Position numbers and translations under genes: made by a program. The notes under the pieces were generated by a model. It was not told where the DNA came from and made no database searches. It was given only the letters and a program-made list of their open reading frames with translations. This document shows positions 39,310-50,910 of a DNA stretch of 64,000 bases, one piece after another. Origin of the DNA: the human T2T-CHM13v2.0 reference genome, Homo sapiens. The first letter of the stretch is position 1. The number at the start of each line of letters is the position of its first letter. Location: NCBI RefSeq assembly GCF_009914755.1, contig NC_060929.1. One strand, 5' to 3'.

Positions 39310-40400
39310 CACTCAATTAGAAATCCTGGCTAATACAATTAGACAAAATACTACATAACAATAAGGTAAACATGAGAGGGAGAAAGAAAATTCTAATTAT
39401 CTGCAGATGACCATACTATCTATACAAATAAACTGGGAGTCTCAGATCAACTAACAGAACTCATAAGAGAGCCCACCACGACTGCAGGATCAATATAAAA
39501 ACAATAGTATTCTTATGCATCAACATTGACCAATTAGAAAAGGTAATTTTAAAAATTACTGTTTAAAAATTTTCTCCCCCAGCAGCCTAGACATCCTGTT
39601 GCGTGCATACTGGTGCCCAGGTAATGTAAACAGGAGAACAGTTAAGATCCTGCTGGTCGGTTGCCTGGATCTGGTGGTCTCTCCTTGCACCAAAGCCATC
39701 TTGTTTTAAAGTTACAGGTTTCTAGGAAGACTTAGTGTCTGGGAGGCCAAGTACCTCTTCTTGTTCAGAATGTTTTTAGCTCACTTTTTATTACGGATCA
39801 GTTTGTCATGTTCAATGAAAAGTCCATTTGGGTTCTGGATTTAAATTATATTGAATTTCTAAATTTTTGTTATGAAAGATATTTAAAGCCTAAGAATTAA
39901 TGAAAGGGTAGTGTATAAAACATCCAGAAATATGCTCTTTTTGTGTTTCGTCTTTTCATCAAATGGCATGGCATGTCTATCAAAGAATTCTGATTACTTT
40001 TTGTTCCTTCGGAGACTCTTTTTTTTCTTCATAAAATCAATAATAATTTTCGTTAGACTCAATCTTAGGTACCTAAAGTCTTTTTGTTGTTTTATAAACA
40101 GAATTTTAAAAATTACCTTTGCTAATTGGTCGGTGTTTATATATAAGAATACTATTGTTTTTATGTTGACCTTACAGTGTCCGTGGGCTCTTCTGGGTTC
40201 TGTTAGTTGATCTGAGACTCTCAATTTATTTGTATAGAAGTTTCTTTCTCCCTTTCATATCCTTAATTTACCTTATGCTGATGTAGTATTTTGTCTAATT
40301 ATTTTAGCCAGGATTTCTAATTGAGTGGGGCAGGACAGAGTGTAAGTGGCATCAGATGTTTAACTTGATGGGAACATGGAAGATTCCAGTAATACAATGT
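39310..40400. mobile_element. Old L1M ORF2 fragments in both orientations
   Basis: tagaaatcctggctaatacaattagacaa...tctgcagatgac (sense), then antisense ttttatgttgacctt-type motifs. Confidence 0.5.
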
Positions 40401-41452
40401 TTGCTTTATCATTGTTACTATTTATAATAGAACCAATTAATCAGGATAAGGTCCTTTTGTCTGTCTGGAATGTTCTTGTCCCCAGGTTGCATGTCCTTAG
40501 AACGATCTTTCCTGACCCCTATCTGTCACTTCATAAGGCAACATCACTCACCTTGCTTGAGTGTTTCCATGGCACTTAGGGCAACTTATAGAACCTTAAA
40601 TTACAGGACACACCCCTCTCTTTGTTTATTGATTGTCTGCTGCTGGAACATAAACTTCTGGGCAGGGACATGACTGTCTCTCCAGTATCCTATCCTTGCC
40701 CTTAGCAGAATGCTGTCCAGCCATTGGCAGCCAGTAGCTTCTCATTTCATATGTTCATTGACAGATGACTGTATTTTCATCTTCAGGTTTGTTGTTGTTA
40801 TTGTTTGTATTTTAACCTTTTTTGCTGTTGTTGTTTTATAACATGTATTTTGTTTTTTTGACACCATCTGCCTGCTTTTAAAAATCTCCCTAAGGATCAT
40901 AAACATGCTTGTATCATAGTCATTTTCTCAAGACTGACTACCCTCAGGTGTTGAATTTGTTGGCCAAATTTCTTGGTTTTAGCTCTCCCTGTGTACCTTG
41001 ACATTTTTGCTTTTACGTACATCTTGAATTCGAATATATTCACCTCTGCCCCTAATATAACCCCAACCATTCTGTGGTTGTCTTTCCCACGCCACTGGGG
41101 CCCTGGATCGTGAGTGTATATGAGGCTCAGCCCAGGTATTCCATGTTAATTTTGCAGGTTGGGAGGCCAGCTCAACCTGCCGCCTGGGGATGTTTCTGGG
41201 AGGAGCACAGCTATGTCTGCTAGGCCCTCTCACCCAAGGCATGATGCTTAGAAAAGGCCATAGCCAGGCTCAGTGGCTGTAGCTATTTTTGCCCACTATT
41301 CCTAAGCCAGGAGCATTGGCAGGGTGTGTGCCTCATGCAGTGGACCGGCTCACACCCCTTGGAGAGACATCGAGTCCTGCCCCTCCTAGAGTCTGAAGTC
41401 CTGCCCAACACTTCTAGCTGCCCCTGTCCATTCTATGGGAATGGGGGTTTAA

Positions 41453-41785
<333 letters not shown>

Positions 41786-41964
41786 CTGGTGTCTTTTACT
41801 ACAGACTTCATATATGTATACCCCTTAATTAGCCATTAGGAAGTGTTGCGGCACGTTCACTTTGCTCAAGAAAGCACTGTGCTTAGGAAAGCAGGCTGCT
41901 TTCAGTATCCTTTAGAATAGAATGGTTCCCACTGGAAGATGGTTAAATTAACAACATAGTTGTA

Positions 41965-42610
41965 AAGTGATGCAGGAATGAGCCTGCTATGCAGTCAGAG
42001 GGAACAGTCTATGCAGGACCACTCTCATTGCTGATACTAATTGCAAGCTGGGGGGTTTCCAGGACTACCCAGAGATTGGACAATTTTCTAGAAGAACCCA
42101 CGGAACTTGTGACAGCCGTTATCGCTGTGATTAGGGATTGCTACATGGGGAGAATACAGACGCACTTTGGCAAAGAGAAGAGCCCAGGAAAACCGCCAGA
42201 CATGGAGCCCCTGTTGTCCTCTCTCTGTGGAGTCATGGCTGGTGCTGCTCTCCTACAACCACATGTCACAATGGCCAAAGAGAATTATCTATTGCCGAAG
42301 CTCAACTGAGCCTTTGATGTTCAGAGTTCTCCACTGGGGCTCAATCACGTCCTGCCTGCACAGCTGACCTTTAGTCTCCAGCCTTCCGAAGGTGAGGCTG
42401 ACACTTTTATTCTCCAGTCCCTCTGGAGGTAGCACTGACATCACAGGGCTCTAAGTTCCCATCATAAACCACATTCAGACTGTCCTGGGGTCTAAGCCCC
42501 CAGATAAATAAACACACTCTTCTCGGGCAGGACATTCCAAGGGCCTAGGTCACCTTCCAGCAGTTGAGGGCAAGGCCAGACCTCATATAAGGTTAACTCT
42601 AAACTGTACA
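41965..42610. mobile_element. MER21-like LTR
   Basis: Motifs ccaggactacccagagattggacaattttctagaagaacccacggaac and gagggcaaggccagacctc...aaggttaa resemble MER21. Confidence 0.6.
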
Positions 42611-42864
42611 GTGGCTTGAGTGTAGCTCATAGTCAGCAACATGCACCAAGCACAGACAGCTAGCACGTGCATGGTCTGGACCCAGTGCCAGACCCTGTTC
42701 TGAGTGCTTCCCTTACATGACTTCACTCATTCGTTTATGAGCGGGGCACCATCCTACCCCAGCTTTCCAAGTGCAGAGACGAAGGCACAGGAGGGAGGCT
42801 GAAGTACAAAGGAATTTGAGCCCAAGGGGTCTGCCTCCTGAGGCTGGCTCTCAGCCAGGAGACC

Positions 42865-43062
42865 TGTGCTTCTCAAACGGGAGCGATTGCACCCCCCGGG
42901 GACATGTGATTGTGTCAGGAAACATCTTCCATTTGTCACAGCTTGGTCGGGTATGGGGGAATGCTACTGTCATCTCGCGGGCAGAAGCTGGGGATGCTGC
43001 TAATCACCATACAACGCACAGGGCAAAGAATTATGCAGCCCAGTTCCGAGCCTGAGAAGCCG
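42865..43062. mobile_element. MER20 (hAT-Charlie) DNA transposon relic
   Basis: ttctcaaacgggagcgattgcacccccc...tgctactgtcatct...ggatgctgctaa...aaagaattat...tgagaagcc. Confidence 0.75.
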
Positions 43063-44027
43063 CATATCACCCAACATGGCCTCTCTGTAATGCCTTTTAA
43101 ATAACCAGCTCTTAAGCCCTCAGTGAGCAGAACTGTATGAAGTTGCCACGGCACGACTGAAGAGTGATGTTGGCAGTTTTGATCAGGAAAGAGGAGTAAT
43201 TTTTCAGTGTGTGCCCCTGAGAAAGTATAGGCAACAACAAGGGTGGGGACCCTGGGTGTGGGTCAACAACCTGGTTTGGGAGGAGTCACTGGGAAAATAA
43301 GGAAAATGGAGCGAAAAAGACCCCAAACCTTCAAGAGATTTGCCCTCACAGGTTTTGACTGTAAGGGGTGGGGTTTTCCAAACGTCATTATTTTAGTTCG
43401 GCACAAACCACCCCCATCCCGAAGGTTCCCTCTGCTCTGTGCTACTGGCACTCAACCCAGCTGATGCCATTCCACGTAGCTGCCTCCCAGATGAAAACTC
43501 TTTTAAAACAATATAACCTCTGAGTGAAGTCTGCGCAGTAACCTGCAGAGTTTCTGGCTCCCGGAGTTCGGGGCAGCATTTGCATTTGACAGGGAAGTCT
43601 TTTTGGTCTGCCTCTTGCCTGACTGCCTTGTGAAATGCCTTTCATTTGTGCTTCCAATTCCCCATTGATAGAGCTGTTAGGATGGCTGTGAGGGTGATGC
43701 TGCGATTGTGTTTCATTTTTCTGAATGGTTTAAAAATACATGAGCATGTTGAACTCAAAATTAGCAGAGGAGTATGTTTTCTCTGTCCTGGTGCATCTAG
43801 TAAGTGGGATCATTTTTATTTTTAAGAAATCAGTGGCAGAGTGTATCTCTCCCTCTCTGTCCAGCTCAATTACACAACACAGCAAGGATTTCTACCCATA
43901 ATTGCTGTGGCGCCCACCAGTCCCACCGGAAGGAACAGGGAAGCTTGGAATTCCAGAATGTGTTTATTGGAGTCCTGTCACTGATTTCAAAAAGAGCAGT
44001 CATTTGTCCCATGGGTAGACATTGGAT

Positions 44028-44472
44028 CTGTTTCTAGTGCTGCTGTAACTAAGCCTCTTTCAAGTTGTGTTCCATGGCTTAGAACAAATAGAAGATATTT
44101 ATTGTCTCAGCTCTGGAGGTCAGAAGTCTGCAGAAGTCTGAAATCACAGTGTCAGCAGGGCTGTATTCTTTTGGAAGACTCTAGAGGAGAATCCTCCCCT
44201 GCCTCTTCCATCTTCTGGTGTCACTGGTATTCCTTGGCTTGCAGACACATCACTCCATCTCTGCCTCCGTCTTCACGTGGTAGCTCCTCTGTGGCTCTTC
44301 TCCTCTTCTTATAGTGACACCAATCATATTGGATTACAACCACCCTAATGACCTCATCTTAATTGGATGACATCTGCAAAGACCCTGTTTCCAAATAAGG
44401 TTACAGTCACAAGTACTGGGGTTTAGGACTTGAAGCTATCTTTTCAGGGGACACAGTTCAACTCCTAACTGA
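44028..44472 (-). mobile_element. MLT1 (A-D type) LTR
   Basis: tgctgctgtaac...ctggaggtcagaagtctgaaatc...ccctaatgacctcatcttaa...tttccaaataagg...ggggacacagttcaa. Confidence 0.85.
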
Positions 44473-44652
44473 CAACGGTTCCCTAAGTGGGTGCTCTCTG
44501 GTAGTAGGACAGGCATTTCCATCTTGTGGAGTGCTGCTCTGAGGTTCACTCCTCCTTCTTAGATTTGGAAATTGCTCTTGATGTTGACTTTCCCTTAACC
44601 TTCAAATCCACCTTGAAATTAAATGTGGGCTATGAAAGTTTTGAGGCTTTTA

Positions 44653-44690
44653 TCAGGTTGGTGCAAAAGTAATTGGGGTTTTTGCCATTA
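44653..44690 (+). mobile_element. Half MADE1 / solo Hsmar1 terminal inverted repeat
   Basis: tcaggttggtgcaaaagtaattggggtttttgccatta, preceded by TA. Matches one arm of the mariner-derived MADE1. Confidence 0.85.
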
Positions 44691-45029
44691 TACAAACCTG
44701 TTTCTCTAAGGAATTAGAGACGTTCTTGTGTGTGAATATCATGTTGAAACAAATAAACACTCATGAATGTAAAGAGAAAATAACTGGTCCAATCACATTG
44801 CTGTGTAAATAAACAGAGTGCTGTCAAGGCATGTTAGCATGCTAGATGTTGTTGATTTATCTCTGCCCTTCCTGTCATGGAAGTGTTTCTTGTTGGTTCT
44901 TACATTCATGGCATTGATTAAATCCTTCTTGCCTGTTACATTAAAACAAACAAACAAACAAACAAAAAAACAAAACTTTGACTCACTTTGTAAACCCTAA
45001 GCTTTTAAGTGATGTTTTATTTGATGATT

Positions 45030-45173
45030 TTGTTTTTCTTTCTTTTTTTTTTAATTGAGATGGGGGTCTTGCTATATTGCCCAGGTTGGTTTTGAACTCT
45101 TGGCCGCAAGCAATCTTCCTGCCTCAGCCTCCCAAAGTGTTGGGATTGCAAATGTGAGCCACCGTGCCCAGCC
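45030..45173 (-). mobile_element. FLAM / Alu left monomer
   Basis: gagatgggggtcttgctatattgcccagg...caagcaatcttcctgcctcagcctcccaaagtg. Confidence 0.9.
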
Positions 45174-46168
45174 TGTTTAATGATTTTCTGACAAGCACGG
45201 ATCCACTTCATCTCAGCTGATAATTACTGACTTAGGACCCTCCTCTGAGATGGTTTTTTTTCAGGCAGGTTGGATTGCCTGGAATGTCTTCTGCTCATTC
45301 ATGGGCTTAAAGAGCCATCAGTGTGGTCAGGAAGGATAGGAAAGCTGACCCACATTTGCATCTGACTCCAGCTTTCTGCATTTCTCTTGTACTAAAGCTC
45401 ATTGAATAGAGTTCAACAGAAACTTTTATTCCTGACAACCCCATTTCAGCCTTGGCAGGGAGACCATACTGAAGTTATTTTACAGATTTGTTAAATTACC
45501 ACCAACTCGAAAGGCTAACATTTTTCTCTAGGAAGGAGAGCCTTTCTTTGTCCTGTTACCTAAAAGGATGTCAGACATTCAGCATGTGCATATGTGTCCT
45601 TTCTTACAAAAATAGGACATCAGTGTGCAAACATCTTTTTTTATTGAAAATGAGCGAAAATGAAAGAAAATAAAGGCCTCTCTTAGCCTTTGAACTGGTG
45701 CAGAATCCTTTTGCTTTTCCTCTAGTGCAGTCACTTGGAATGCGACCAAAGAATGTATTTACCACTGGAAGAACCGAGTAGCATATGAATGAAAGTAGAA
45801 AAATGCAACCTAGAAAGCCTGTCTCTGTGCACCCAAGAAACTCTTCTCTGTGTGCTGCTGTGTGCCAGGATGATTTTTCAGTGTGGGCATTTGGACTTAC
45901 TATGAAGAAGCACACACCTAAGAAAAATTAAACAGTAATTAAAATTATTTCCATTAACAATAAAGAGGAGGATATGTTTTTGTTGTTTAATAACCACACC
46001 TATCCTGATGACACCTGTGCATTTGAGGGAAGTGCAGCTGAGCTGGGCTCAGCCTGCAGTGTGTTTATTGGGAGACCTCCATGTTTCTGGCTCTTTGGAG
46101 CAGAGGAGGCATTTCTGAGTTATCCCTACTGTGAGTTCCCAGCCAGAGCGTTGAGAAACCAAACTGGC

Positions 46169-46533
46169 TGATGTGGTTTGGCTCTTTCCCTACCCAAATC
46201 TCATTTTGAATTGTAGCTCCCATAGTCCCCATGTGTCTTGGGAGGGACCTGGTGGGAGGTAATTGAATCATGGTGGATCTTTGCCATGTTGTTCTGGTGA
46301 TAGTGAGTAAGTCTTATGAGATCTGATGGTTTTATAAAGGAAGGGGAGATCCCCTGCACACACTCTCTTGCCTGCCACCATGTAAGACGTGACTTTGCTC
46401 CTCATTTGCCTTCTGCCATGATTGTGAGGCCTTTCCAGCCATGTGGAACTGTGAGTCCATTAAACCTCTTTTCTTTATAAATTACCCAGTCTCGGGTATG
46501 TCTTTATTAGCAGCGTGAGAACAGACTAATACA
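46169..46533 (+). mobile_element. THE1 solo LTR
   Basis: TG...CA termini (tgatgtggtttggct...cagactaataca) with TSD CTGGC (46164-46168 / 46534-46538). Confidence 0.95.
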
Positions 46534-46797
46534 CTGGCTTGGCTGTCCCTCGAGCTGAGGATTTACCCTAACCCTCACTTAGGCCTTCCCAGATCTGATC
46601 TTGCTTGAATGGACAATTCTGTTGGTCTTTCTGGAACATTCTCTCTGCTCCTCATTTTCTCTGTCCTGCTTTTCTTAAGAGGAGCATGGGCTCCGGTACT
46701 GAAAATTGGCATCATGACTAAACTGTCCTCTGGCCTGCACACAGACTTTGTGATTCTCCTCCCACCCCCATCTCTACAGCCAATGTGTGTTAAGGAG

Positions 46798-46913
46798 TCC
46801 GATGTAAATTATTTGGATAATGGATACCCTAAAACCCTGATTCACCATTATGCAATTTATGTGTGCAACAAGATTACACTTGTACCCCATAACTTTGTAC
46901 AAATAAAAATAAA
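46798..46913 (+). mobile_element. Short L1 3' terminal fragment
   Basis: ggataccctaaaaccctgattcaccattatgca...cacttgtaccccataa...aaataaaaataaa. Confidence 0.7.
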
Positions 46914-47084
46914 TACTCTGTGGTCTTTGAGACATTTTTGCTTGCTGCTCTGTTCCCAGTGCACAACACAGCACCACACACGTAGTGATCACATCGCAAA
47001 AATTGTGGGAACAAATGAGTGTACAAATACTGCATCTGTGCACTTGCCCCTTCTACCGTAGAATGATCAGAGTCACTTCCAAGG

Positions 47085-47270
47085 TCCTCCAGTAGCAGGC
47101 ACCATGTGGTTACTTTGCATACACAACTTATTTGATCTGTATAACCCTGTGAGGTAAATACTATTATCACTTGCATCTTGCTGATGAAAAAATTGAAGCC
47201 CAGAAAAGTTAACCAACTTCCTCAAAGTCACACAGTGAGGAAGAGGACCAGAATTTGGACTTGGCATTCT
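47085..47270 (-). mobile_element. MIR
   Basis: aaccctgtgaggtaaatactattatc...gatgaaaaattgaagcccagaaaagttaaccaacttcctcaaagtcacacag. Confidence 0.8.
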
Positions 47271-49109
47271 GCCACCATCACATGGAATGTCCAGATGCCC
47301 ACTGTCATTGGTGACTAGGGTGTCCCCCTCCTGTTGTGCCCTGGCACATGACAGATTATTGTGTGATGTGAAAGGGACATATTTGTGAATCCGGATTGTT
47401 CTATTTGAACCACTTTTGGGTTGATGTTATTTGGAAAAACTTCGTGGGGAGGGAGCAGTTTCTGCAGAGATGCCAAAAATATGGTACTGTCACTGTTTCG
47501 AATTGCCAGATGATATTTCCATTTGGAGGTATTTTTCACTCCTCACATGAATCAATAAGAGAAATAGGACTAACTTAGCCCAAGGAATAATAATAGCCCA
47601 TGTATGTATTAGGCAGCATTACTGTTGGGGAATCAACTAAAACTGAAATTCTACTTTCTCCTAAAGAGATTTATTATACATAGAGTCCTTATAATTGTAC
47701 CTCTTTGTGCTGGTTTTCTCATCTGGGTCTGCCCTAGCTCCTATATGCCTGTCCTTGGCCCCATTCCTCCCTGTAGGAAAACCTCATCAGGTGCAAAGGG
47801 CACTGGAAGGGCATTCACTAGGATGCCACACAGGGTTCAATCCAGCCACTCGCCAGCTTCTCCCTGTGCGGTGCCAGCCATGGGTCCTGTGACCTCCCTT
47901 GAAGCCTGCCCAGTGCTGCTCACTGTCTCGAGAGCCCCAGACCTATGTGTGCAGCTCTCAGGGCATCTGGAAGAGCCTCCTAGGGAAGGCAACACAAGGG
48001 CGCAACAAGGAGGTGTGAGTGGGGTCTGGGATTTGCAGTGTTTTCCTGAAAGAGCTGGACTTTTACAAGGGAGGAAAAATGTTCTCTGAGTTTCCCAAAC
48101 ATCTGTTTTTGACTTAGTTTCAATGGAGGTGTTTTTGATGGCGGCTATCTTAGGGCTTCTGCATCATCTCCCTTGTGTTTGTCATGGAATTCCAACTACT
48201 CGAGCATTAAGTCTTGGATGCTGTTGTTCTATCCCAAGAAACATTCTTAAGAGAATTTGTGACGAATACAACTTCGTCTCCATCAGAACAGAGCTGTGTA
48301 TATGTACCCATGCAGGCATGCAGAGAACCTGCTGGAATGTAAGAGAGTGAATTATAGACTTCAGGCTAGAGCAGCAAATTCTCAGGAAAAAATAAATTCA
48401 GAGTTTAAATTATTTCCTGTGAAAAGTTGCTAAGCAACACTTCACTAAACTCTGGTATTCTGTATTTCAAATATATTTTTTCTTAGCAGCAACTAATATT
48501 ATTTTCACTCAAGTCGTAAAGGGAGGAGTGAAGTACACACCTGCAAATCCAATAAAGGCATTTGCCTGCCGGAGGCTTCACAGTAAACTTTTAGATTCAT
48601 GCTGAATAAGTATGGGGGAAAGCAGTTGAATATTTTATACTATCATGGTATTTTTTTCTTGCTCTCTACATTTGCAGTGCTTTGTTAATGTGTGTTTCCC
48701 ATTGGAACTGTAATTTTCCTATTTGTAGAATGAGTTTGGGTATTAACAGGTACTGTAGATTTTAATTAACTCATTGCTGTACCATCAGCTTCCCATCAGG
48801 CCCAGCCTTTGTGTCATCTTGCTCACAACTGGTATTCCCAACCCCCAGGCGAGAAACAAGCATGTGACTCAGAGGCGAGGTAGTAAAGTCCCTGGAAGAG
48901 TTGCCAGAGATGAGGTGGAGAGGCCCCATCCTGCATAAGGAAAGTCCATTTCATTATTTTAAACACTGCTCTGGCCAGACAGCTTACCTTCTATTTTTGT
49001 CCAAAGATTAGTGCCCTCTAATAGGAGTTTTAGCCAGAATAAAACATTTCTCTGAGTTAAAAGTGAATATTGAGTTCTCATCGTTTACTTTTTAGAACTA
49101 TTTGGCCTT

Positions 49110-49472
49110 TGTCTTAGTCCATTTTGCTGCTATAACAAAATACCACAGACTGGGTAATTTATAAATAATAGAGATTTATTTCTCTCAATTCTGGAGGTTA
49201 GGAAGTCCAAGATCAAGGCACCGGCAGATTTGGTGTCTGGCGAGAATGGCTCTCTGCTCCCAAGACAGTCTTGTTGCTGTGTCCTCACATGTCAGAAGAG
49301 ATGGAAAGACCAGGCAGCTATCTAAGCACTCCAAGGGTATTAATTTCATTTATGAGGGCGGAGTTGTCAGGTCCTAATCACCTCCTAAAGGCCCCACCTC
49401 TTAACACTGTTGCACTGGGGATTAAGTTTCAACTTGAATTTTGGAGAGGGCATAAACATGTAAACCATGGCA
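49110..49472 (-). mobile_element. MST/MLT1A-type solo LTR
   Basis: tgtcttagtccattttgctgctataacaaaatacc...aaaccatggca with TSD GCCTT (49105-49109 / 49473-49477). Confidence 0.92.
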
Positions 49473-49803
49473 GCCTTGGATTGGAGTTTGTGAGTTTGTA
49501 ATCATTTCCGGATCTTAGCTTCAGCACCATAAGCATGCAGATGTTGGTATTTCTCTCTGCTTGTGGACCATCCCTGGGTCTCCCCCAGGAGATCTAGAGC
49601 TGCCAGCACTGGCTTCCACCCTCTGTAACGGCTTTGAGGTCATGGCTCCTTTTGCCATCTCTAAAGAGTGTGACCCAAATGAGGAATGGCCATGGGAGGC
49701 TCACCAGGCGCAGAATTTAGGAGAGAAAAGCTTTGCCAAGAGTGGTGAACAGAGCTAGGATGCTGTGTTAACATGCCACTTTGCAATATTTGTGGTTGTC
49801 TGC

Positions 49804-50613
49804 TGCATTCATGTCCCAGGGCTGCCAGAACAAAGTACCACAAAGTGGCTGGCTTAGAACAACAGAAATGTCTCAGTTCTTGAGGCCAGAAATCTGAAAT
49901 TAAGGTGCAGTTCCATGCTCCCTCCGAAATCCTGGGAGAATGCTTCTTGCATCTTCTCAATATTCTGTGATTTGCTGACAGTCACTGGAGTCCCTTGGCT
50001 TGCAGCTGCGATACTCCAATGTCACGTGTTTTCCTCTATGTCTCTGTCCTCACATGCCAGTTTCTTACAAGGACACCGGTTATATTGAATTAGGAGCCCA
50101 CCTGTATTAGTTCATTCTCATGCTGCTGTAAAGGACTGCTCAGGACTGGGTAATTTATAAAGGAAACAGGTTTAATTGACTTACAGTTCTGCATGGCTGA
50201 GAAGGCCTTAGGAAACTTACAATCATGGCAGAAGGTGAAGAAGAAGCAAGGCACCTTCTTCACAAGACAGCAGCAGGGAGAAGTGCAAGAGGCTTATGAA
50301 ACCATCAGATCTCGTGAGAACTCACTCACTATCAGAGAACAGCATGGGGGAAACTGCTCCCATGATCCACTCACTTCCCATCAGGTCCCTCCCACAACAC
50401 GTAGGGATTATGGGAACTACAATTGAAGATGAGACTTGGGTGGGGACACAGCCAAACCATATCACCACCCCACAACAGTATGATGTCATCTTAGCTAATT
50501 ACATCTACAATGATCTTATTTCCAAATAAGGTCACATTCTGAGGTTCTAGGGGGTTAAGCCTTTGGCATATCTTTGTTTTGGTGGGGAAGGGGACCAAAA
50601 TTCAACCAGTAAC
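49804..50613 (-). mobile_element. MLT1 LTR split by a THE1 insertion
   Basis: gggctgccagaacaaagtaccacaaagtggctggcttag... resumes after 50469 with tcatcttagctaattacatct...tccaaataaggtcacattctgagg. Confidence 0.85.
50103..50464 (-). mobile_element. THE1/MST solo LTR nested in MLT1
   Basis: tgtattagttc...aaaccatatca with TSD CCACC (50098-50102 / 50465-50469). Confidence 0.93.
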
Positions 50614-50744
50614 AAGTACCAAGGAAGGAACTCAGATATGGGAATCATGAGAATCTTATTTCTACTTTTCCATTTGCTTTGGAGTGTTTGAAGCCCAGCG
50701 GACCTAAAATTCACATCTAGACCTAGTCTGTATGCAGAATCCAC

Positions 50745-50910
50745 TCCATATGGCATGGCTCCTTGTGCTAAATGCAATTGTGGAGCCCCTTGTTAAAAAA
50801 TTATTAAGCATTTCAGAACAACAACTACAGAGCATTTAACCAAAGGCAGGCCCCCTCTAAGACTGAGCCCTGTGAGGCTGCACAGGCCACACCCCAGGGA
50901 GCTGGGCCTG
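50745..50910 (-). mobile_element. MER45A-like (hAT-Tip100) relic
   Basis: ccccttgttaaaaaattattaagcatttcag...cagagcatttaaccaa...gccctgtgaggctgcacagg. Confidence 0.65.
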
